Assembly (NCBI GenBank): GCA_051294375.1
Contig: CM119263.1
Coordinates: forward strand, 19,532,304 to 19,596,303
DNA from: Paraspadella gotoi
Taxonomy: Eukaryota > Animalia > Chaetognatha
Direction of reading: 5' to 3'
DNA: 64,000 nt
The notes below the pieces were generated by a model. The model was not told where the DNA came from, searched no databases, and saw only the letters and a program-made list of their open reading frames with translations. The position numbers were made by a program, and so were the translations under genes. Positions 18,762 through 30,700 of this stretch are shown piece by piece. The first letter of the stretch is position 1. Each line of letters begins with the position of its first letter.

Positions 18762-21700
18762 ATGTACGGGGGCCGAGGATTTGGTGGAGGAGGCTATTTG
18801 CCTCGAGGCTCCAATAATGTTTCCGGCGTCAGACAGAATACAGGTAATTTTTACCACTGATGCCCCAGTGAGATCACCATCGTTTTACTAATTAAATTCT
18901 TTTTTGTATATTATTCCAGCTACCTGGGCGGCAGGTCTCCTCAACCGCCAGACGATGGGGAATCCGTTTGACTCTCTCTTCACCAACAGTGGGGGTGGTG
19001 TATACTCGTTCCCTGGCAGCATGACACCACAGACGCCCATGAATCAGCAACGACCAAGATTTCAAAATCCTCCTGGGCAACATCAGAACCAAATGACAGG
19101 GCAATTCCGCGCTTCTTCCTATCAATCGTACCGTGTACCGTTTCAACCACCCCAACCTCCCTACCCCCCACCTAATCGTTCGTCTGGGTCCCAAGCCCAA
19201 CATCCAACGGTAACTCCGTCGAATTACTCAGTCCCATCTCGACCCTCTCTTCTAACGCAGCCGCCTCCACCACCTCCGGAACCTGCTCCACCGACGCCAC
19301 ACCATACTGCCACACCGAAGTCATCCCAACCTCTTCTGCTAATTCAACCGCCATTACCATCCCAACCACCACCACCTCCCTCCCAACCTCCTTCCCAATC
19401 TAAACCTCCACCCCTACCATCGCAACCCCCTCCGTCATCACAGCCGCCCCCTCCATCACAACCTCCTCTCCGCGTCACAACCACCCCCTCCCGAACCCCC
19501 CGAATCGAAATGGCCGCCTCTTCCTTCAGCTCAACCACCGTTACCCCCAATTCGACCCCCAACTCCATCATCGGGGGCATCCAAACCCTCTCCACCGGCA
19601 AATCCCGACGGAACGGTAAGCTACGGTATTTGTGCAATTGCAGTTATTGTGTGTAGGCTATGCCGGAAATTTTATTTGAGAAAACTAGGGAGTACTTAGA
19701 TGTATCGTCTTTTTCCTGCTTACTTTTGCGTAGTTCAATATTACCACAATTGGAATATTAATTCCTTTATTTTTTTAAAACTTAGAGGCAGACTTCGCAA
19801 CCGATATTCACGTCGAAAACTCCAATCGGCCCAACCCAGCCGTCGACAGCCTCGCCTTCGCAAATAGACTCAGTTGCAGTTCCGGAGGATGGTGCTGCTG
19901 CTCAAACTTCAGAGGAAAGAGCAACATCGCTAAGGACCGCAGAATCTCCATACCCACCCGTCGATGCATCGCCAAAATCGGACGAAAAAGAACCTATACC
20001 CTTAATGAACTTCCAGCAAAAAGAATCAGGACAACCGAACTTAAAAAAGACAATTGAAGGCAATTCTAAATCGACCTCGGACGAAAAAACTCAGCCCTCT
20101 GCGAAAGGTGATATACAGAAGGCTTCATATTAGAAAATTATACGCCGTTTTTTGAGCTGAGAATCGGTTCCGGAATAACTACTGGACCAAATATGTTGAA
20201 ATTTGGTGTAGATAATCCTTGTGAGAATACAAATAGAATTATCGAGGCTAATTTCAATATTTGACCTCTAAGCCGAGATATGGGTTAAAGCTTAGCAAAA
20301 ATATCGATCATTGAACCCGTGAACATTTTTAAGTAAAAAAAAAATTATTTGTCAATTTTTACATAGCCCATAATACATATTTATATATAGTACTCGCCAT
20401 AAAAAAGGTCAAAATTTTAAAATGTTTTTTATTATTTTTGAAAGCAGATTCGAATTCCTCAAAAAAAGTTAAAGAAAAAATAAATCTTTTTAGAAAAGTG
20501 GGTCAAAATCCTAAAAAACTGTTACAATAAACCTAAAATTAAATTTTACTATAAAAAATATAGTTTATTTTTAGTTAATAACTTTTATCAACTTTTTATG
20601 AGGAATTCGAATCTGCTTTAAATTTGATATTTTCTATGTATAAATATGGGCTAATGTGAAATTGAGAAATTAAAAAATAATTTTCTTTATATATCAATGT
20701 TCTTTAGTACAAGACTCTTCATGATTAACTATTCGAATTTTGATTGGTAACTTTCACATTAATTTAAGCCCATAGGGGCAAAAAATGGCCAAATGTTTTT
20801 TTTAGATTTTTCGAATATTTTATAAAATTTAGTTTTGAACAGTTGCAAAAACATTTCTTAACCGTGAAAAACGTATTTATTACTAATACAAAATTAAACT
20901 ATAATTTTTAAGTCCATAAACATCAGCAGTTCATGCTAGATTTGGAATAACAAAAGAAAATTTGAAGTAAAATGATGAACCATGCATCTTCAAACATCAA
21001 TTTCAGATGTAAAATTTTTTTTTTATGTTGTTAAGACAATAAGCAAATAAGCAAATAAGCAAATAAATTAAAGAAAATCAAAATAAAATTGTTGCCTTTT
21101 TTCGCCCCCAGGGGATTCAACCAACAAAGAGTTGAGAAAGGACAGTGGTAAATTGGTGAGGACAGGTCAAAGCTAAGGACAGACTAAATTAGTTGTGAAA
21201 AGAAGTGAAAATGGTGAGACAGAGAAAGAGAGGGAGAGAGGAAATTTACATTATGCAGTGTACAACAATGATTAAGATTTTTAAACTGATGAATAATAGT
21301 GAATATTTTTAACAATTAATCTATTAATAAGTCATTTAATTTTAGCGCTCTTCGCGTGAACATTCCCGTCCACACCCTCACATAAGCAGCGATAGAGCCT
21401 TTGATTTACTCAACCGCGGCGCCCTATTGTAATTTTTTTTTCTGATTACTATTTTTATTAAATTTTAGCTTCTGTCGAAAATGACCAAGAGTTTTCCCGA
21501 TGGGAGGCAGCCGGTTGGACGCGGGATTTCTACGACGCCTATCACGATTATTTTCGCGAACATGGTTTTTACCCTGACACACAAAGCGGCGAATTCGCTG
21601 CAAGGGTTTGTACTTAAAACTGTGGATAAATTTAAAGATGTTCAATTTTCGAATTTTTTATAGCATTCTTATTTTTATAGGTTTTAGCAAAGAAAAAACA

Positions 21701-24700
21701 AGAAATTTTATCGTCTGTGGAGGAGACGGAAAATTCTTCTCGAGCAAATGTGGAGATTAAGGAGAGTAACAATGGTTCGACATTAGTTCATGTTAGAAAT
21801 AATAGCGAAGATATGAATTCGACTGTACAAGATTCTTCAAACAGTTTTTCACAATTGAATGCGCCAACTAATGTCGGTCTCTACGATCAAGTTAAATCTT
21901 CAGTGAAACCGACATTGGACAAGCCTAGTGATTTTGGAATCGAATATGGGGATGATTGGTACGTTGAGGGAGAAGAGGAGTACGAATATGAGGGTAGCTC
22001 TCAACAGAATTACGCACAGGAACAAAGTTACTCTCAGCGATACGGAATGACGATGGGTGCTATAAAGCAAGGTTTTGGCCAGATTTCAGAAAAGCAAGGT
22101 CTAATGACTAAGGGAGTTATGGAAGGGGATAGGAACCGGGGAATGATGAGCGACCTTGGACCCCAAGAACAAAATCAGGGAAATCAACAAAGCACACCTC
22201 GACTCAATGTTGAGCCAGAGAACTACGATGAATATTACGTGGAAGAAGACGACCCGTTTGCTGACATTGAAAATGTATTTGAAGAAGAATACGCTCATCT
22301 TATTGAAGAGGAAGAATCTAAATACAATGAGGTAAAATTTAAATTCTTTGTTTGAAATTATATTCAATTGTTTTTACCTCGCCAGACGGGCTTAAGTGAA
22401 TGACTATCATCGCATCGGTGAACGACTATCGTAGCATCGGTGAATGACTATCGTAGCATCGGTGAATGACTATCATAGCATCGATGAATGACTATCATAG
22501 CATCGGTGAATGACTATCATAGCATCGGTGAATGACTATCATAGCATCGGTGAATGACTATCATAGCATCGGTGAATGACTATCATCGCATCGGTGAATG
22601 TTTATCATTGCATCGGTGAATGACTATCATCGCATCGGTGAATGTTTATCATCGCATCAGTGAATGACTAACATCGCTTCAATCATTTGGTTATCATCGC
22701 ATCAATCATTTGGTTATCATCTCATCAATCATTTGGTTATCATCTCATTAATATTTAGTTATCATCTCATTAATATTTGGTTATCATCTCATCAATCCTT
22801 TAGTTATCATCGCATCAATATTTGGTTATTATTGCATCAATAATAAATTAATCAATCATTTATTATTACATCAATCAATCATTTATTATTACATCAATCA
22901 ATCATTTATTATTACATCAATCAATCATCAATCAATCAATTATTATTACATCAATCATTCGTTATCGCATCAATCATTGATTTTTTTTCTAATTTTTTTA
23001 TTAATTTTCTTTGATAGTAACGTCTGGCGAGATCACTATACTTTTAAGATTATTTGTTATATTCTCATTATTACTAGGGATACTATGACTCATTTGGGCA
23101 TTGTCACGAAAATAGAAATTCTGACGCGTTTAATATTCGTGGAAATCCGGGCACCACTAGTGCAGGTGCAGTACGGGGAGGAGGCATTTCCGACCGAGGA
23201 GCCGGAGGGAGAGGAAGAGGAAATGTTGCCTCTGGCGCTAATATCCCCAATCAAGGTAGAGGCATGGCTGATCGAGGTGGAGCACACTTAGACCGTGGCC
23301 GAGGAATTTCCGAACGTGGAGGGGCTATCTCAGCAAGAGGAGCAAGAGGTGCAAGCGTGGCAAAACGTCGCGGGGCTTCCTTTATCCCGACAGCCGGAAT
23401 CCCGAACATTGGTGGAGCGATTTTAGACCGTGGCCAAGGGTTTTCTGAACCCCGAGGAATGGGAGGCCGCGCTGCGAGTGTAGAACGTGGAAGAGGTTTT
23501 GCTGGGCGTGGATGGAATGAGAGTAGTCAAAGACTTCCCGCAGTTGGACGAGGATATTCGGACGGTATCCTTGGTAGTCCTCCAAGAAATGTAGAATCGG
23601 GTAAAACCATTATAATTTTCAATATGTATTTTGGTATTATGTACAGTAGCATCCGTCTAGAATTTCTGAGATGGCAAGCTCTGTAACTCGAGTACAAATG
23701 ATAATTTGAAAGAGAGCTTTTGTCTTGATATCGAGTTCACATATGGCTACTCGCCCTTCAGTAAGCCATTGCTCTACTACCAATTTTGGGACATCAAAAC
23801 TTATGGTAAAAAGAAACTTCAGCCAGATTTGAACCTGAAACCTCTTCTTAACGTTGAAATCCGGCGCGCTAAGCACTCGGCCAAATGATTTTCAAATTTT
23901 TTTCAGATTAAATTATATAAAGCTGTAGGTTCGCTTTTAATTTTTGGGGGGAAACAAAAAATTCATTAATGTTAACATGCGTTCAGCCAAATCGTCTTCT
24001 GGTTATCTTGCTGGTCTCTGAGTCGTAATTTGGCGAGACTTGAGATAAATCCAGAAGGCTTCAAATTATAAAATTAGGGACCCCTTTTTTGTTACCAGAA
24101 CTCGTTCCGAGAAAACAACTAGACCAAATTTATTGAAATTTGGTATGAACGATCCCTATGTAAGACACGATGAAAGTAAGCATGGCGCAGTGTATGCATC
24201 CATTAAAAAAATGTATGTTTGAAATCGTTATCTCTGAATAGGTTATATGAAACATTATTGTACTGGCGTTCGCAGTGGTCAACGTGGGCATCGCCGTAGA
24301 GTCAGAACGGCTCAACGTCCGACGGCAGAGATTTTGACATCCGAGACCCAAGTTTCCTGATTCGCGACGAATATCTGGCTTATTTTTAATGTTTGAAATT
24401 TAGGAAAAGGCAGTTTTCTCGTTGTTAAGCCGCGATGTCAAACATTTTCACGTTGCTTTTGTTAGGGGGCGAATCCTGCGATGATGAATCTTCACGAAAG
24501 TTTCTTCCCGACACTTTTAAAGTGTTTTATTAGGTGTTTTTAACCTGTTGTTTATTGTGAAACAACTGAAACTGTTTTTATACATCGTCGCCTAATGATT
24601 GAGAGAATGAAAGTATGAAATCGTTTCAAAAAGAGAATAAAGTTTTCGGTTGGGATAAAAAAAGAAAAAAGCCAATATTTATATTAGGGTTTTTGAAGTT

Positions 24701-27700
24701 TTTTTTTTAAATAACGAGATGGCCGAGCGGTTAAGAGGAAAGGTCATTCAGCATAACAATACGTAATCATTGATGTGTTAGAGCTAATATATCGAGAAAT
24801 ACATTATAGTCATCAGTAATCACAAAAAAATAAGTTCTTATTTATATGTAAACATTCCGTTTTCAATAATTTTTTTTAAATGGGTAAATAACAAAATTGT
24901 TAAGTTAAATGGGTAAGCACATTTTTTAAAGATTTGTTTTTCAATCTGGTTGTTAAAAAATTCTAGGTAAGAAGTTAAAACAGGGTATGGGATAGTTTAG
25001 AAGGGGAGAATTAAGCAATTAATCTCGTTACTCTGTTGGTTTTCCAGTCATGAACAAAATTTTCAGTTAAATAGATGGTAAAGAAATTCGAGCTACAATG
25101 AATCTACACTGAATTTGAAGAGTTGCAGCCTAAACGACTGCAATAATATTGAATTAAAAATTTGATTAGCAATCTTAAAAACATTTGTAAAAATGTAATA
25201 GAGACATTTTGATAAACGCGTTCCAGTTAGAAAGAATTCAGGGTTAAAGTTTAAAAACGTTTCATTTTCAAGGTTACAAGTTGAAATTTAAAAATGTCTC
25301 TCTATTACATTTTTTCTAATTCAGTAATAAAAAATTCATAAAAAATATCAGGTGGATTGGCCTTTTCGTTTGACCTGCAACTCTTCAGATAGGTTTCTTT
25401 TATTTTATATTATAATTAAAACCGATATAAAATGGGGTAGAATGCATCAAATGCTTAAAGTGAATACATTTTCGGAATCGCCAGGAGCTCAGCTTTCTGA
25501 ATTTGTACTCCATTTTAGCTATTTTAAAGTTGAATTGAATGACCCTTTTTCTTAAAAGCTAAGACTTTGACGCGGAATAGAATGGCAGGATTCGAATCCC
25601 ACTCGAAGTAAACTGTCCCAAAAGTGGTCGTAGAGCAATGCTTACCGAAGGGGGAGTAGCCGTATGAGTACTGGATAAGACAAAAACTCAGTTTCAAATT
25701 TTCATTTGTACTCGAGTTACAGAGCTTGCCGTCTCAGAAATTCTAGACGGATGCTACAGTATTTATGAATGAATGAATTAAAGGTTAAAAAATGTTTATT
25801 AAATACGTTTTAGTGTAAATATAATTTACTTCTATTTCCATTACATTAGTGATTTGCAAAAAATTATATAAATAGGTTGATGCGGAATAACCTGATTTAC
25901 TTTTACAGATCTTGGTCGAGGATCAAGTAACCAAGGTTATTCAAAAATGGGAAGAGATGGAATTCTTGGCAGTCCCCCCCGAAGTAACAAAGAATTAGGT
26001 GGGTCTTCAATGGTATTTTTTAAAAATTTTATAAAATGAAATTGGTACAACCAATATAAAAATTATCCATTCATTTAATAAATAAGCTATCTTGCCCCTG
26101 ACTTTGGACAGGCTTTGGTGGTTTAAGGCCTCCATCACTCTTACAAGATAATGACATAGCAGGTCCCTGCAAGCTTTCAATCAAGACTCTCTCACAGTCT
26201 CGTTTATTCACTCCCAGAGTACCTGGCTTCCCTATCAATGAAGTGGAAAATATTTCAAAGAATGTTTCAATTGTATGAAAAGACCACTCCTTTAAGTATT
26301 AGATCGGGGAATACTTATTGTACTCCGCACTAGCATCAAAATACAAGGAGCTGAATTTTATGAAATTGGTACAACCAATATAAAAATTATCCATTCATTT
26401 AATAAATAAGCTATCTTGCTATCTTGCTATCTTGTTATAGATTAATTTTAATCTCTGAACTGTCTCATTTTAAACTTTTCAGTTTCTGGGGGGCCAATTT
26501 CAACTGAACCTGCTCTACCATCAACAAAAGAGGAGTTTTTTTGCGACATCTGCAAAACAACATTTGATAAGATTTTCAAGCTTAATAACCACAAAAAAGG
26601 TTTGGTTCATAAAAACCGAGAAAAAGCGCATTTAGAAATGTTAGCCAAAGCTGCGGCCTCGGTTCTGGCTGACGGTGATGCATTGTTGCATGTAGCAACT
26701 GCAATTGCTTCTGATTCATCAACAACCACTGTTTCAACTGCAACACCAGCCGCAGAATCCCAATCGGTCGCTACCCTCCCGATCTCAACAAACAACTCTT
26801 CAGCCGCGTCAAGCTCGCCAGCTCTTGCAAAAGACAAGCCTATTTCCTCCGTTTCCAGTGCCCCTGATTCGAAAACGTTAACAGGAAGTCCTACCAAAGC
26901 AGTTCCTGATATGGAAAGTGTAATAGAAAGCCTTGCTGTTAAAACTTTCGAGAGTCAAGATAAGTTTGGAAAGAAGAAAACGAAATTAATCGTTCCAGAG
27001 AAGTGGGAATTTTGCAAACCGTGTGGTGCTCATCTGCGAACACAACAGGTTAACTAATTTTTTTGTCGTTCAGAGGAATTCTTCGTCAAATTCTTCGTCA
27101 AATTTTTTTCTCCCTATTTTTCCTAGCAATGGCGATCTCACGTTCAATCTAGTGGGCATAAGGAAAAAGTAGAGGATTTCATTGCGAAACTGAAGGCAGG
27201 CGAGATCGACATCGAGGGGAACAGAGTCGACACCAAAGCCGTCCCCTCTCCCACCGAATCGAAGACCCCCGGTTCAGCTCAGGTCCCGACGAAAATTACA
27301 ACCAAAACCTATGCCAATGACGACGACGAAAACGGTTGGCAATATTGCAAAGCCTGCGATAGGTCTTTCTCTACGGTACAGGTGAGTTTTCAGATGACAT
27401 CGACTGAGATAACTACTGAAACTACGAGCCGTGCGTTTCTAACCAAAATAATATGGATCTTCAAACTTTTTGTGAACTCGCTAAATGCTAAAGAATAATT
27501 AGTATAACCAAAATCATGTCTCTCATTCTTGTTTCGTTTCTATTGTCTTTTGACGATCTTCAAGTCGGTTTTAATCACTTTCTCCTCCGTCTTGTAATCG
27601 TTGAAGCAATGGGCCGTCCACGCTAGAGGGATCGTTCATGTCGAACGCGCGATGGCGCTTAAAGAGGGCAAGGATTACGAAGAACTTGCCGAGAAAAACT

Positions 27701-30700
27701 ATAAAAATCAGGTAAACGGCGTCTCGCGACTGATCAGTTTTTCAAGTGTAATTTTCCTTTCTTTTTCGTTGTTTAAAATTTGAGATAGGAAAAGTTTTCT
27801 TTGTTTTTACAACGAAATTTTTAATGAAAAAATCAGCCCTTCATCAGTTTAAATTTCAGGAATTGTTTTTGCATTTTCATTTCAATATATAAAATTGGTA
27901 CAACCAATATGTTATTGACTTATTGTACAATCAAAATGTTATTGTTTATTGTCGTTTTACTTTAGCCCAAACCCGAGGTCACTGTGGACAGCTCTTATTA
28001 TCAAGAAACTGGAAAGTCCTCGAACGCTTGGAAACAATCCACGGGATTTCACTGCGAGGTAGTTACCGAAGCTTGATTTTTGCTTTCCGTTATTAGATAG
28101 ACAAATCTACGGCCAGGAAAGAGTCTGGGCGCCGATATGTCTATTTACTTTAGACGGGAGGGATTGGTTAAAAGAAAAACTGGGATCGCAGTTCATCTGC
28201 CACTCGTTTGTAGTTCTCCCTGTAAAATTAAGATGTTGCCTTAAAATTATCGGTACTAGTTTATGATACGAATTAATTAATATATCTATTTTTATTGACC
28301 TATCATCGCATTTACAACAGAGCTAAGGAGAGGTAGAGAAGGAAAGAGTGAGTGAGTGCGTAAGAGAGTACATACATACAACAGTTTAATCTCTGTGTCT
28401 CTCTCTCTCTTTCTCACGTAGTCTTCCTTTCTTAAGCTCTGTTTTCCAAATTATGTTAAATGATTTGTCCCTAAAAATCGACTTATTGCTCTTGTACCTG
28501 AATTCGGCGTCTCCTAATATTTTAACAGTGCGTGAGTTTATTCTTCGATTTTAGTCTATTATTATTTATTCTTTAAGCATAACCCTTTTTTTATTATATT
28601 ATATTTTAGTTTTATCTCAATCTTTTTATTAATCCTTAATCTCTTTTTACTCTTTACTTATGTTTCGTTGGGGTTGAGTTTATTATGAATTCGATTTAGT
28701 ATTTCAGCTTTAACTTAACAATAATTCTTTAACGATCTAGATACAAATTTGAATTAAATGATAATAGAACACTTCCAATTGAATTTTGTCAGCAATCTCA
28801 ATCTTCGCGAAAGACCAAAAGAATGTTAAAGCTGCTTAGTCTTACAAACCGACCACATTTGTCTACCAGTTTTTTTCACTATTCACATAACTAAAAGTTC
28901 TTGTCTGTATAATTTTCTTAGAAAAACTAAATTCTTGCTGAATAAGGTAATACAGGTGTTGGACCATATATCGAGACAAAATTTAAAAAATCATTACTAT
29001 AAAACTATGAATTTTAAAATCTGAATAAAGTAAGAAAAATGTTTGAATACTCATTGTTTATGTTTAATCACATTCTAATAATTGGTTGTACCACATTCAT
29101 ATAACAGATTAAAATATTTATGGACATATAATTAACGAATCTTAATAGATCTTGTAAAATTTTTTTAGCATAACAGTATAGTAAATTCAATTATTTATGG
29201 AGTAATATCCATATAGAATCAATTTCAAAATTATGATATTTTAATTTTTAAATATCTTTGTTTGATCATTGGAATATTTTTTTTGTTCTTAAGTGCTTTT
29301 CTCTTGCGTACATTGTATTTTGGTTGAAACAATTTAGAATAAAGCAGGTAAGGTTCAGGTAAGTTACTGTTATGGTTTAATTTTTATTAAAACTTTTTTT
29401 TTAATATTAACGATATTATCAGATAATTAAATTAATTATGTAAGATTTCTGAATGCATAATAAAAGGGTTAAAATGGTAAGAAATACATAAGTATTTGAC
29501 GATTTAAGCATATTCGTTAAAATCTTCTTAAAATTTTGTTTTACTTACCTGAAAAACAAGATCAGTACATCAAATGTATTACGCTTCAGTGACTTTCTTA
29601 GCCCGTGTATTTATGACAGCATTGCATCGGAATTCAGTTTTTTATTCTTGATAGTTTTAGGATTTCCTGATGGCGGCACTTGCAGTTATTTAGATTTGTC
29701 TTAACAAATGAGCAAATAAGCGAGTTATGAGCATTTTTAACGTAAGTGGAATAACAGACCAACGGACAGACATACCAACAGACCAACCAAAAAATTACTT
29801 AGTTGCTCCGTAAGTATGTGCGAAGCAACTAAAAATGGATTTGGATGGTTATGAAAAGCTTAAAATTAGGCAAATTGAAGAATGAGACATGACGCGGTCA
29901 TATTCAGAAACAATTACTAAAAATATTAACAAGCATATTGTATGCAATACAATACGTATGCATAAAAATGACAAAGTTTTAAAACATCCACGACGCCTTG
30001 TAGTTGCTTAAAAATTTATTTTATTTCATTATATATAAAAGTAAAAAGCCAGAAAAAACTTTTGGCATTCATTTTATTATTGTATCTCAAATTGTTCAGA
30101 CGGGACCTTAAGTTTTGTCCAGATATATGGTCACACCCCTGTACTAAAAAAAAATATTTTGTCCTTGCCCTCTTTTGTGCCTTCTTCTCAACCATGTTGA
30201 AAGACTCTCTCTCGCTCTCGTTTTTCGCGTTTTTAGTTAGTTTCATATATTATGTTCTGATTCAATTCATAAATTCAGAAATGTAATATAGGAAAATGAA
30301 ACGATTTGAAATTATTTATGAAAATTTAAGGAAGTCTTTTTCTTTTCATACATCTTTCATCCCATGATTCAATTTGGCGGTGAAACAATATAAAATAAAA
30401 TAGAACTGAAGAAAAGACAAAATATTCATTAAACCTAGTTGCAAAAGCCACTATTAGAATTTGTCATCTGTTGGTTAGTTTTTTTGTTTTTATTAATGGT
30501 TATTATTAAATCTTGCTTACAATCGGATAGCCTTCAGAGCGTGTTGTACATACAAATCTGGATATAACTATACTGATGCTTGGACATCAATTCAAATTTT
30601 TTTTTTCGTTGCTCGATCTTTAGATATAGCTTTGTCTAGGGAAATAATAAGCTTAGCTACTTTTAATCACTACCAATTGATAAAAAGAGATCCTGACCTC

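Noticed and set aside
22398-22680. CRISPR-like array
   Set aside because: Units are contiguous with no unique spacers, there are no cas genes, and the context is a eukaryotic intron
23810-23887. Functional tRNA (possible Sec UCA or Leu CAA anticodon)
   Set aside because: The anticodon and acceptor stems do not pair and it is joined to a repeated body, so it is a SINE head
26345-26395. Hammerhead in the 324-bp repeat hairpin (CTGAAT…GAAA-TTGGT/ACCAA-TA)
   Set aside because: Lacks G8/A9 of the CUGANGA core and has no stem II
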